In this document: positions 1 through 11,660 of the stretch, in pieces | Numbering within the stretch: the stretch's first letter is position 1 | How the letters are laid out: each line of letters begins with the position of its first letter | Source of the DNA: Anolis carolinensis | Taxonomy: Eukaryota | DNA length: 64,000 bases | Direction: 5' to 3' | Assembly: GCF_035594765.1 (NCBI RefSeq) | Contig: NC_085846.1 | Location: 10,775,190 to 10,839,189 of the forward strand | Made by a program: the position numbers and the translations under genes | Notes under the pieces: model-generated | What the model was told of the DNA's origin: nothing | Seen by the model: the letters and a program-made list of their open reading frames with translations, nothing else | Database searches by the model: none

Positions 1-40
1 TACAGGGTGTTTGAAAAAGAACTCCCTATTCACCATTTAT

Positions 41-244
41 GGAGCCCCCAATGGCACAATGTGTTAAACTACTGAGCTGCTGAACTTGCAGATCAAAAGG
101 TCGCAGGTTCAAATCCAGGGAGCGGAGTGAGCGCCCACTGTTAGCTCCAGCTTCTGCCAACCTAGCAGTTCGAAAACATGCAAATGTGAGTAGATCAATA
201 GGTACCGCTCCGGCAGGAAGGTAACGGCGTTCCATGCAGTCATG
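41..244 (+). mobile_element. Sauria SINE, 3'-truncated
   Basis: tRNA-like head with B-box GGTTCAAATCC followed by the typical body ...GCCAACCTAGCAGTTCGAAAACATGCAAATGTGAGTAGATCAATAGGTACC. Confidence 0.8.
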
Positions 245-787
245 AAAGCCTTTGCCAACACACTGTCAAACTAAAATGTAGTTGCACCTTGTGGCTGGAT
301 CTACACTGACATAGTAGTTCGAACTACATTATATGGTAGTGAGGATCCAGCCTATGTCACCCACTATTGGGTTGGTTGGAAAGAACAAGGAAAGCCGTTC
401 CTTTGAGTGCTTCCTTCACTTTTTACAAGTTCTTCCTGGCTTACACAAACACCCTCTGCACTGTTCAGACATGCGGTTGCACCCACAGCCGTCAACGGGG
501 GAAATTCCAGATTGCAAAATTCACCCGGCCAAGAGATAGGTGGAAGCCTTGCGACAAAAGCACATCTGTGTTTTATTCTCGACTGTCATCGCTTTTCAGA
601 GTTTAATCTGCATTAGTAAAAAGGAAGTCACCCCAAGGCTGATCTCGCCCCGTCATAGTTTGGAGCTTATGGTCATGGCACAGTTCCCTTTTTAAAAGGT
701 AGCCTGGCCACCTGTGTGTTGATATTTCTCCTTTTAAGGTAAAAGTTGCCCCCTTTTAAAAAAATTCAAGAGAAGTGAATAGGGATT

Positions 788-821
<34 letters not shown>

Positions 822-942
822 GAACAGGCTAGCACACATTTTGGTGTCTCAGACTTTATATGTGTTTCTGGACATATTTGACCTGCTGATTTCTTTTTTT
901 TTTTAAACCAAGAGAAGTAAATAGGGAGTAGTAGTAGTAGTC

Positions 943-997
<55 letters not shown>
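943..997. repeat. (AAT)n microsatellite
   Basis: Direct reading of the sequence. Confidence 0.95.
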
Positions 998-999
<2 letters not shown>

Positions 1000-1029
1000 G
1001 TCCAAAATGGGAGAAAGAACTTTTGTCTG

Positions 1030-1312
1030 AGTCAAGTGTGAATGTTACAATTGGCCACCTTGATTAGCATTGAATAGCCTTGCAGCTTCAAAGCCTAGTT
1101 TCTTCCTAGAACCAGGTTTCTCGCACCCTGGACATGCCACAGATAGATAAACCCCACTTACCCAGTTTCCAACAGGCCTCACAACCTCTGAGGATGCCTG
1201 CCACAGATATGGGTGAAACATCAGGAGAGAATGCTTCTGGAACATGGCCAAACAGCCTGGAAAACTCACAGCAACCCCATGATTCTGGCCATGAAAGCCT
1301 TTGACAGCACAT
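1030..1312 (+). mobile_element. Penelope-like element 3' fragment with inverted 5' piece
   Basis: Same family as 11661-12515; ends GCCATGAAAGCCTTTGACAGCACA; 1030-1107 is reverse-oriented. Confidence 0.75.
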
Positions 1313-2457
1313 ATTATCAAACTGTTAAAATTTTGCGGTGCAGAAACATGCAGAGTTTATCTGGTTAATAATATTTACATCTGTAGTCATGTGGTTGCTC
1401 AGCAAACATGAAGGCTTAGAAGATAAGTTTATCTAATTTATGGACAGATTCACAAAATCTGAAGGTCCGTGTGATTGCTTCATAGTTTGGCTGTGATATA
1501 TTCCTAAGCTATGTCTAATGGTGCCTCTGCACTGCAGAATTAATGCAGTTTGACGCCACTCGAACTGCCATGGCCCAATACTATGGAATCCTGTGCCTAC
1601 TGTAATCTCTAGTAAACAGCGAAAACGAGAATAATATTTACATCTGTAGTCATGTGGTGGCTCAGCAAACATCAAGACGATCAAAATAGTTCTCAGACTA
1701 AGAGGAAACAATAGCATGGTGAAGCAGCAAGTCAACTCTGGCATATCCCTACCAAATTAATTGCTGATACCAGCTATTATAATTATGAACGGGTGGATGG
1801 TGGCACATCTACAGTGTAAACTTAATGTAGTTTGACACAAGTTTAACTGTCATGTCTCAATGCTATGGAATCATAGGAAGTGTAGGTTTTACTTCTTTAG
1901 CTTTCTCGGACAAGGACTGCTGGTGCTTCAACAAGCAACCCTCTGGGTACAAATGCTTAGTGAAATATCTTTTCTTATACGTATTTTCTTGGGGATCCTG
2001 CACAAATGCTTTACGAAACGCCACAAATGCTTTCCTATAGCAATTGTACACTTTTAATGTGAAAATAATCCCATTTCTAAACAAAAGCCAAGGTAAACAG
2101 GATCCAAATTTCGCAATCTACACTCCTTGCATCCAATGACACAGGTTCAAGTTCATCCAAATGTTTACCATAATAACACACTTCTTGTAAAGATATCACA
2201 AAATATAGTAAAATACAATCACAGCTACAGCTCCGGAAGTGATCTCCAATGGGAATAAAGTTTGTGGAAATCGTTTCACAATACATGTCTTGATACGATG
2301 CCACATATTGTAGTTGTTTTTCTTAATCTGCTTATTTTATTATCTTATATTTATTGTGATGTACTCTGATTGTTGTGTATGTGATTTAAATATGTTGCAA
2401 GCCGCTTTGGTTCCCGTGAGAGAGAAAAGCGGGATATAAATAAACAGTTATTATTTT

Positions 2458-2555
2458 ATTGTATGACACGGCAAACAAGATAGACATGCTGGATTTCATA
2501 TCACAAAATCACAAGTCGAACACTTCCCAAGTGTTTAGGACTGTGTGATGTATTC
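2458..2555 (-). mobile_element. R4/Dong-clade LINE extreme 3' fragment
   Basis: Reverse complement of 35265-35360; flanked by (TTA/TCA)n. Confidence 0.6.
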
Positions 2556-3351
2556 ATTATCATCATTATTATTATCATCATCATTATTTTAAAGGTTCTC
2601 TCATCCTTTCTCCTTTAGTACTACTTCACTTATCTCAAGGCTAAAGGCAGATTTTGAAGTCCCACCCTGGGGAACGCCTTGAATCAATACAGATCCGTGT
2701 CCTTCAGTCTCAAAAATTGGAAAATCTAAGCTCCATATCAGCCTTAAAATGCCACTTGAGTTTCTGCCCTTGGTTTTCAGTTCCTGGCATCTTACCTTGA
2801 CAATCTGAGGCCTCTTCTGAATGTCCCCTCGTCCCAATGCTGAAAAAAAGTTATAAACAAGGCCAGATGTGGGACAAAGCAATGACTGTTGTATTTGTTT
2901 ATTTTCTCTGGGAAATTCCCTTCATAATTTATCACCCGCCCTCTTGGCCTTCGAGGACGTCCGGCAACTGTAGTGCCATCTAGTGAAAGCCTCAGCAAGT
3001 CTCAAAAAAGTTACTTAACAACCAAACTACACATCAAACTGATATCATTATACAGATCATGGGTCAGATTATTTTCCAAAGCACTTTGACATCATTTTAA
3101 CTTTCATGGAGATGTAGTTTTACAAGATCTTTAGCCTTCTCTGTCAAACAGTCCTGGTGCCTCACCAAACTACAAATCCCAGGACTGCATAGTATTGAGC
3201 CATGCCTGTTAAAATGGTGTCAAGACTGCATTAATTCCACAGTGTCAATGAATACTAGTTTTCCATAAAATCATGTAGGTTTGATGGCATTAAATAAAAG
3301 TAATTTGAAGTCCTGGACAGACTAGAAAGCTTTTCTGGATAATAACAGATT

Positions 3352-3860
3352 CCTTGGGTTGCTGTGACTTTTCTGGGCTCTATGACCATGTTCCAGAAGC
3401 ATTTTCTCCTGATGTTTCACCCACATCTATGGCACCTCTCAGAGGTTGTGAGGTCCGTTAGAAACTGGGTAAGTGGGTTTATATATGTGATGAATGTCCA
3501 GGGTGGGAGAAACAACCAGGAAGTAACCAGACTTTGAAGCTGCAAAGCTATTCAATACTAATCAAGGTGGCCAATTGCAATATTGTGAGGTCTGCTGGAA
3601 ACTATGGCAGGCAACTTCAGAAATGCTAATCAAAGGGACCAATTGCATTCACACTTGCCCCCAACAGACAAGAGTTCTTTCTTCCATCCTGGGCATATAT
3701 AAACCCCACTTGCCTTATCTCCAACAGATCTCACAACCTCTGAGGATGCCTGCCATAGATGTGGGTGAAAGGTCAGAAGAAAATGCATCTGGAAGATGGC
3801 CATACAGCCTGGAAAACTCACAGCAACCCAGTGATTCCCGAAAAATCCTTTGACAACAAA
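3352..3860. mobile_element. inverted pair of Penelope-like fragments
   Basis: Minus copy about 3352-3580, plus copy about 3620-3860. Confidence 0.75.
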
Positions 3861-3868
3861 TAGATTCA

Positions 3869-3874
3869 TTTATT
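3869..3874 (-). terminator. candidate polyadenylation signal of SDR39U1
   Basis: AATAAA on the minus strand about 390 nt after the stop codon. Confidence 0.4.
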
Positions 3875-4266
3875 ACAATTTGTAATATAGTGAAGATGAA
3901 AAACATTTTTTGCTGCATGTCTGCAAGGCAGAATCCTGGGATATCGAAATGGACATAACCAAAACTGCACACTATTTTTGTATATTGTCTCCATACAAAA
4001 ACTTCATCCCTAAAATATCCCCCAGAAATTACTATAAAGTCGCTTTGGTGGACCTAGCAAATTCCTAGATAGGATACTTCTGTAGGAATTACTAGGTCTT
4101 CCAGGGAAACTCTGTGTTAATTCTGATAATATAATGATCTTTGGAAATATCCATGGTTTCAAGCAACCATGGTCTTTACTGTATAATTCATCTGATAATT
4201 TATAACACACCGCACCAGCATTATATATACCATAACTGATAATGCATAGGTTTCTTTTGTATCAGA

Positions 4267-4682
4267 TCAGATTAAAATATTCCGGAGGGCAGAGGGAAGA
4301 TCAGGGAACGCAAAGCAGTAGTTGCTCTCCAGAGTCCGCTTAGGCTCCACTCGCTGCCCTTCCAGCAACATAATGCTTCGTTCGGGGCCAAAAATGGCTG
4401 AAACAGCAAAACCTGGCAGGGGCAATAGAGCGGGCCGTCTGAGCACTGACCCCATTGCTTGGGCAAAGTCCTTATTTGTGGTGGTAACAGCCGTTGGTGC
4501 GACGCCGTTCAGGATCCCGCTGACCCCTTCCCGTTCTAGTACATGGACCAAGATGCCCGCCAAATCCGCCACGTGGATCCAAGGAAAAGGCTGGTGGCCA
4601 GAAGAGATGGGCCCTCCCAGACCGAGGCGAAAGGGCCACAACATCTGGGCGATGGCACCACCGTCCTTGCCCAGCACAACAC
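4267..4682 (-). CDS. SDR39U1: SDR39U1 exon 6 (terminal)
   Basis: cag|VVLGKDGGAIAQMLWPFRLGLGG...SALRNILI-TGA. Confidence 0.95.
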
Positions 4683-7600
4683 CTGCAGGCAAGGAAAGGG
4701 ACAATAGTCATTTATAGAGCCATGTTTAGTTCTGTAGGATTGTTACCACTCCCATGCCCTACCCTATTTGCACAAGGACCTTAGGGTGCATCTACACTGT
4801 AAAATTAATGCAGTTTGGCCCTGCTTTAACTGCCATGACTCATTGCTATGGAATCCTGGAATATATAGAGGCACCAACTCTCTTTGGAAGTGAAGGCTAA
4901 AGTCCCATGATTCTATAGCATTGAGCTATGGCGGTGAAATTGAGGTCAAACTGCATTAATTCTCCAGTAATTAAAAGCAAATTAAGGCAAGTAAAAACTT
5001 AACTCAATGCAACACAGTTTCACTGCATTATAAAAACAACTTTAAGAGTGCAGTATTTCTTTGATTTTTCCCCTCCTACAGTTGTTTGAGAATTCTGGTT
5101 GCTTGAGTCCCAGATAACTGTGTGTTTACTGGACCTATACTTGCTTATAGGTACATAATGAAATATCTTAAGTGATGGGATCCAGATTTAAACTCAATAT
5201 CCATTTAGGTTTTGTATATATATAGACTGGAGGTGATTTTATACAATGTTTTCAATGATGTTGTACACGACACCAAATTTGTATATACTGAACCTTCAGA
5301 AAACAAAGGTGTGACTATCTCTGCCACTCAGGTGGGCAATTTTGGAATTCTGGATATGATAATAAATAATAATAAATCTTTATTTATACCCCGCCCCATC
5401 TCCCAACAAGAGACTCAGAGCGGCTTACAGCCATAAAACATAGTAGATAACAGAATAACAAAATAAGTAACATATCAAATGTAAAACAATCACAAAATTA
5501 TACTTTTTGTGCCATCGGCATATCTTATGCTTCACCTCACCAGATCTCACAACTGCTTGGCGTGTGACTTCACCAGGGATTTGAGCCGCTGCTTCCCAGT
5601 GGGTTACTAGGCGAGAGAAGAAATCGAAGTCTCCACCGGGACTGTCTTCTGTGTATTTTGTGGTGTGGCTGGGCCGGTAATATCCTGGAATAACAATAAC
5701 AACAACAACAACATTAGTTTTGTACCCCACCACCATCTCCCCAAGGGGACTCGGAGCGGCTTACCTGTGGGCGAGCCCGGTCAACATCATAGAATATAAT
5801 CACATTAAAATATATACACAATATTATAAAACAGAATAAAAACAACAATTATAACAACATAGCAGTTGTGACAGAATAAAAACAATCTCCAATCAATGAC
5901 CAAAGAGCCTGTAATAAAGTCCATTTCTAAAACATTTCACAACCATTTTACTAAGGTACATAGGAGGCCTACCACCTTGCACTGCTGTAGGTAGATGTTT
6001 TCCTCTATAATTGTGACTTAATGACCTTGCTTTTCTTAACTCTCTTATACCAGGAAGCATTGCGTAAAAGAATCCTGCAGCAAAAAACTGTTCGGTTAAT
6101 CGAAAACAAGGTGATGATTTGGCCCCAGAAAACTCCATGATAGCTCTAGGGTTGCTAAAAGTTGGAAACAATTTGAAGACACATAGCAACAAACAGGTGA
6201 TTATGACATTTTCTTGGCATTTGTTTAGAGACTATTTGCTCTTGATTTTCTTTGAGGCTGAAAGAGTGTGACTTGCACAATGGGTTTCTATAGTCAAGGA
6301 GGGATTTCAACCATAATGTCATGAGTCAGTCCAACATTCAAAGCAATACACCCCACTGTCTCTCATATATGCTGTAACCCGCCTTGAGCCAAGGATTATT
6401 ATATCCTTTCCTCACGTCGAGCATGCACAGACTGAGGTCCTCCAGCTCACTGCTTTTTAAAGTGCGGGTCCCAACCACAAATGAAGTCCCTTTAGCACAA
6501 TGTTTTGGTCAAAAAAATTGGCGACAATAAAAGATTATTGGCTGCAACCCATTTACACAACATGCAGTATTCACAGTGGATTCTGCAAAAAATGCTTGAG
6601 ATGTACTCCACAAAAAAAGAAAACCAGGCTGGTTAGCCAGAGGTGCAAATGCTGGTTTATTATCAGTACATCTTTATACCTATTTTATACACCTGGGGTC
6701 CTGTTAAAATTTCTCAGACAAAAAGGGGTCACAAATGGAAAACATTTAAGATGCACGGCGTTATATATTTTTAGCTGCTACTCCCACTGAGTACATGAGA
6801 AATGATGGAGCTCAATTTCACTAGCATTGAAAAGCTTCACCCAACGTCCTCTTAAGCTTTTCTTACAATCCCTTTAGGTCCTTGTTGTATTTTATTTTAA
6901 ATTTATGGTGTTTAGTTGTAATGACAGAAGTAGCATAACCCATGTCAGAAAATTAAGCGGAAATTAACAGGAAAGGAAAGTGGGGAAAGTCCGATTTCAC
7001 ACTTTTGCACCACGAACTTATTTTTCTTGTTGTCCCCATTAAACTTTTTCCGGACTCTGTCTTCAACCACATCACCTCTGTCCTTCTCTGTTTTGTAACC
7101 CCCATTTCCTTTCAGATGCCTTGCGTATCTTCCTTCCTGTTGACTTCACAGCATCACAACTTGTCCCCCCCAGGTGTTTTCCCCGTTTTCTTTCCTCCAA
7201 ATCATCCCCTTATATAACCTGTGCCATTGGTCAATACTTTTCTAATAATAGCTTCAACCTCAGAAGCTGAAATATTTGTGAACGTTCCAAGGCATCTCAG
7301 CAATTTGGTTAATGGATGGCTTTGGCCAGAAATAGGACAAAACATTTGAATTTTAATATGCAGCTATTGTTTTGGCTAAGTCCTCTGTGTCTCGGCACAC
7401 ACATTTTCTTGCAAGATGCATCAGTAGTTGGTTGAATAGTGGAAGAACCATGTGGACTGATATCTCTAACACAGCTTCCAACCGAGGGTGTATCTACACT
7501 CTAGAATTAATGCAGTTTGACACCACTTTAACTGCCATGGCTCAATGCTAGGGAATTCCAAGAGCTGAGGTTCTACGAGCTCTTTAGCCATCTCTGGCAA

Positions 7601-10600
7601 ATAGGGCTGGTCCCTCAGCAAACTAAGTCTCTCATGAGTCTATGGTATTGTTCCATGGCAGTGAAAGTGGTGCCAAACTACAGTAATTCTACAGTGTAGC
7701 TGTACCATTTTTGACAAAAACCATTACTGATGACACTCAAGTGTGAATGTTGCAATTGGCCACCTTGATTAGCATTGAATGCCCTTGCAGCTTCAAAGCC
7801 TGGCTGCATGAGGTTTATATATTCCATAGCTATATATATTTGCCTAGTTTCCAACAAACCTCACAACCTCTGAGGATGCCTGCCATAGATGTGGGTGAAG
7901 CATCAGGAGAGAATGCTTCTGGAACATAGCCATACAGTCCAGAAAACTCACAGCAACTCATTTGACATTGGTTACAGGTTATGCCAAAACCTTCAACCTC
8001 AACTCATCATTTTTGCTACTGACTCTGGATACATCTACTCTGTAAAATTAATGCAGTTTGGGCCAATATAATTGAGCCAAGGCACTTTACTGCCTTGGCT
8101 CAATGCTATGGGATCATGGCATTTGAAGTTTGGTGAGGCGCCGGCACTCTTTGGCAAAAAAAGGCTGAAGACCTTGGAAAACTACAGCTCCCCATGTTGT
8201 GTAGCTTCAAACAATGGCAGTTAAAGTGGTGTCAAACTGCATTCATTCAGCAATGTAGATGCACTAGTAGAGTCCCATTTCCAAGATATCTCATTATGTA
8301 TATATGCAAATTTAGGAATGTCAAAATCCATAATAACAAATCATCATTGAAAACAGTCATTGTAGATCACATATGCACAACCTATATTGAGTTTTGGAAA
8401 TTTTCTGCCCAAAAGTAGATCAAAAAGTTGCTGCTGGTTACCTACGCCCGTGACCAGGACCCAGGCTTGAGGTGGGTGTTCAGCCCCAGCAATGGCTTTT
8501 GCCAAGGCTTTTGTGGTCTCTATCCGGCTGGCGACCACCTCCTGGCGAAAGGATTCACTCCATCTGCAGGAGCAAGACAAATAGTCAAGGAGTCGCATCT
8601 CATATTATTTGGTTCTCTACTCCAAAACAAAAGAGCAACGGACCCCACCACTATTTATTATTATCCAGCTTTTCTCCTTACCTGGGATTCAAGATAGCTT
8701 ATAATTATTTAAACAGGCATGGGCAAACTTTGGCCCTCCAGGTGTTTTCGACCAACTCCTGGTAGGCTGTTAGGAATTTTGGGAGTTGTGGAGCGCCAAA
8801 GTTTACCCATGCCTGGCATAACTATATGTATACTATAGAATTAATACACCTTGAAAATACATTACCTGCCATGTCTCAATGCTATGGAATTGTGGAGCTG
8901 TAGTTTGTTGAGGCTCCAGCACCTTTTAGTAGAGAAGGCCAGATAAAATTGCAACCCCGATGATAGCATGGAGCCATGGCTATTAAAAGTGGATTCAAAC
9001 TGCATTAATTAATTCTACAGTGTAGTTGCCCTCTATGGTACTTGTGATTGCCAAATTCCAGACCCTGTACAAACTTGGCCAGTAGTGAAATAATGGGATG
9101 GAAAAAACCATAAAATCTTATCAACAATCCCCTCCCATATTTTTTCCAAGTGCGGATGGACTTACCTTCGGAGGGGGTTGAGGACATTTTCTCCAGAAAG
9201 GTTGACCACACCTTCACAAGGAGGGAGCCCCAAGCGGGAAAGTTCATCCTGGGGAACACAGATGGAGAAACACAATAGTAACAGAGAAAAAAGGCTTTAC
9301 ACTGGGTCAACTTGACCAATACGGGCAACTGTCGTTCTGCTAATTTTCAGCCTGGATTTTGTCCTCCTGATGGCTCTAATTAAGCACACTTCATTCAAAA
9401 CCAGAAATGATCTGGTGTTTTCAGGAAAGAAGTTGCACTTGTCACTCCAAAGGCAAGCAGTTCAGTGTTCTCTGGGTACATCTACACTGTAGAATTGATG
9501 CAGTTTGACACCATCTTAGAATAATAGAATTGGAAGAGACTACATATATAAATAAAATATAAATACTGCAAATACATAAATAAATACATTGGCCATCCAG
9601 TCCAACCTCCTGCCATGCAGGAAAAGTACGATCAAAGCATCCCCGACAGATGGCCATTCAGACTCCAAAGAATTGCCAATCTTTTAATTGCTTCAAGGTA
9701 CATTTTATATGGCTCTGTATACACTGACCATTCAATGCAGTTTCAAACCAGTATTGAAGGAAACGGCTTCGCTGTGCAGATGATTACATCGCAAATCCCA
9801 GAACTAGTCTGAGACTGATTATATATACCAAAGGGCATTGGTGCACACTCTAGTCTTTCTTTCGTGCCCTTTTGTGGGAATTTGTTGTCAGGTTGCTACA
9901 GTTTGAAGCTAACTTTGAACTGCATTAAATACTCAGTATAGATGGGGCCACAGTTCCAGGTAGAATCAAAGCCCACGCCACATACCCAGGTAATTCGGTT
10001 CTTTCCGGGACTGCGGGAAACCAGGGTAACTTCATGGCCTCGGTCCTTCAACAACCGGGTTAAGGCTCTGCCAACAAATCCAGTCCCACCACCTAATCAA
10101 AATATAGGTATGTAATTCATAAATGGCATCAATGCTGATCAAGGTGATCAATTGCAACATTCTCGCTTGCCTCGAACACACAAGAGTTCTTTCTCCCACC
10201 CTGGACATCATCCCACAGATATGTAAACCTCACCTGCCTAGTTTCCAACAGACCTCACAACCTCTGAGGATGCCTGCCATAGATGTGGGCAAAACGTCAA
10301 GAGAGAATGATTCCGGAACATGGCCATACAGCCTGGAAAACTCACAGCAACCCAGTGATTCCAGCCATGAAAGTCTTCAACACCTTCAACTCATCATTTT
10401 TTTCTACTGACACTGTATGCATCTAAACTGTAGAATTAATGAAATTTTGGCCAATCTCATTCAGTCAAGGCACTTTACTGTCTTGGCTCAATGCAATGGG
10501 ATTGTGGAATTTGTACTTCTGTGAGGTACCAGCACTCTCTGGCAGAAAAAGACTAAAGACCTTGGAAAACTAAAGCTCCCAAGGTTCCATATCTTTGAAC

Positions 10601-10978
10601 AATGGTAGTTAAAGTTGTGTCAAACTGCATTTATTCAGCAATGTAGATGCATTAGTAGAGAGTCCCATTTTCGAGATATCTCATTATGTATATATGCAAA
10701 TTTAGGAATTACAAAATCCATAATAATATAATCATCGAAAACAGTCATTGTAGATAACTTATGCTCAACCTGTATCGAGTTTTGGAGTTTTTCTGCCCAA
10801 AATTTGCTTCAAAGGTTGCTGCTCCTCGTGCCAATCAAATTACAAATCCAAATCTAATACAGTGTTGTTTTCTTTTGCCAATAAAAACAATGAATGCTTA
10901 TTCTATTTGCAAAACAACATCAAACCCTTTGCATACATGAAACTTGTTCCTAATCCACTCACCTACTAACACTCTCAT
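4267..10978 (-). CDS. SDR39U1: SDR39U1 epimerase-family short-chain dehydrogenase/reductase, 6 coding exons, 295 aa
   Basis: Exons 10963-10978, 9986-10092, 9166-9248, 8442-8563, 5541-5684 and 4267-4682 join with GT-AG sites in consistent phase (888 nt). Protein MRVLVGGGTGFVGRALTRLL...PWIHVADLAG...LLEGQRVEPKRTL matches SDR39U1, with a Rossmann GxxGxxG motif. Confidence 0.95.
4784..4965. mobile_element. PIF/Harbinger-like palindromic MITE (high-copy family)
   Basis: TTA-GGGTGCATCTACACTG...AATTAATGCAGTTT; further copies near 1520, 1802, 3100, 7486, 8025, 8830, 10415, 37248 and 59590. Confidence 0.6.
5541..5684 (-). CDS. SDR39U1: SDR39U1 exon 5
   Basis: cag|YYRPSHTTKYTEDSPGGDFDFFSRLVTHWEAAAQIPGEVTRQAVVRS|gtgagg. 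Confidence 0.93.
5713..5766 (-). mobile_element. L2-like LINE/SINE 3' tail
   Basis: GTAAGCCGCTCCGAGTCCCC...GGGGTACAAAA plus microsatellite tail; sibling copies near 2400, 5380, 21580, 21870, 26140, 33000, 35395, 61735 and 62325. Confidence 0.55.
7738..7958 (+). mobile_element. Penelope-like fragment with inverted piece
   Basis: Family similarity; 7738-7805 is reversed. Confidence 0.7.
8442..8563 (-). CDS. SDR39U1: SDR39U1 exon 4
   Basis: cag|WSESFRQEVVASRIETTKALAKAIAGAEHPPQAWVLVTGV|gtaacc. Confidence 0.93.
9166..9248 (-). CDS. SDR39U1: SDR39U1 exon 3
   Basis: cag|DELSRLGLPPCEGVVNLSGENVLNPLR|gtaagt. Confidence 0.93.
9986..10092 (-). CDS. SDR39U1: SDR39U1 exon 2
   Basis: ttag|GGTGFVGRALTRLLKDRGHEVTLVSRSPGKNRITW|gtatgt. 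Confidence 0.93.
10125..10382 (+). mobile_element. Penelope-like 3' fragment
   Basis: Family similarity including the hammerhead-like segment at 10261-10301. Confidence 0.75.
10963..10978 (-). CDS. SDR39U1: SDR39U1 coding exon 1 (MRVLV-G)
   Basis: ccATGAGAGTGTTAGTAG|gtgagt. Confidence 0.9.
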
Positions 10979-11560
10979 GGTTAAAGCAGGATAGCCGCGC
11001 ATGCGCAGAGAAGCTTTCTGACAGCCACCAGGAACACAGACTTGGAGAAAAATTAGAGAATCACAAAAAACATACTCTGAAGTAAGCGAATTGGAGTTAA
11101 TCTATTTTTCATAGATCTGTGGCTCCGTTTGAGAAACATTTGTTTTTATAAACGTAAGAACTTAATTCCTCAGCCAGGTCGTTTCAGTGATTTTTAAAAA
11201 GTGATTTTTACTCCCAAATTCCCATTAGGCAAACTGTAAATGAAGAATTTACTTAATTCTGACATTTGGACTTCAGTTCCCACAATCCCTTGTCATTGGT
11301 TAAAAGCAGCTGAGGCTTCTGGGAGTTGAAGTTCCAAATGGATAGATGGACAAAAATCTTGAAATTTTTAGTTTTTTTCATGGATAAAGATTACAAAAAC
11401 TAAATGGTTTTTTTTAATCATTTTAGGCTTAAAACTGAGAAAGCCTCGGAGTTCCGAACATAAAGACGCCTGTTAAACTGGAGACTCTTGAGTGACGTCA
11501 GCCGGTAGCAGGAAGTACTGAGTGGAGCCAAACAGGAAGTGACGCAGCCGGGAGGAGAAG
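10979..11560. promoter_or_regulatory. divergent (bidirectional) promoter between SDR39U1 and EMC4
   Basis: NRF1 palindrome GCGCATGCGC 10997-11006; CRE TGACGTCA 11493-11500; ETS CAGGAAGT 11509-11516; ETS/CRE composite CAGGAAGTGACGCA 11533-11546. Confidence 0.75.
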
Positions 11561-11587
11561 AAGAAGAGAGAAGACAAGGCTCGACCC
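11510..11587 (+). other. EMC4: EMC4 non-coding exon 1 (5' boundary approximate)
   Basis: Donor CCC|gtgagt at 11588 just after the promoter motifs; matching acceptor ttttcag| at 12554 upstream of the ATG. Confidence 0.65.
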
Positions 11588-11660
11588 GTGAGTCCAAACA
11601 GATCACTCTTTGCGATCATTCATTGAAAGGACCCGGTGCCTGTGATATGTATTAGTATTT

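Noticed and set aside
10123-10410. Recurrent ORF family ...QQTSQPLRMPAIDVGE...WPYSLENSQQP
   Set aside because: Translation of the non-coding Penelope terminal repeat; copies show frameshifts and stops
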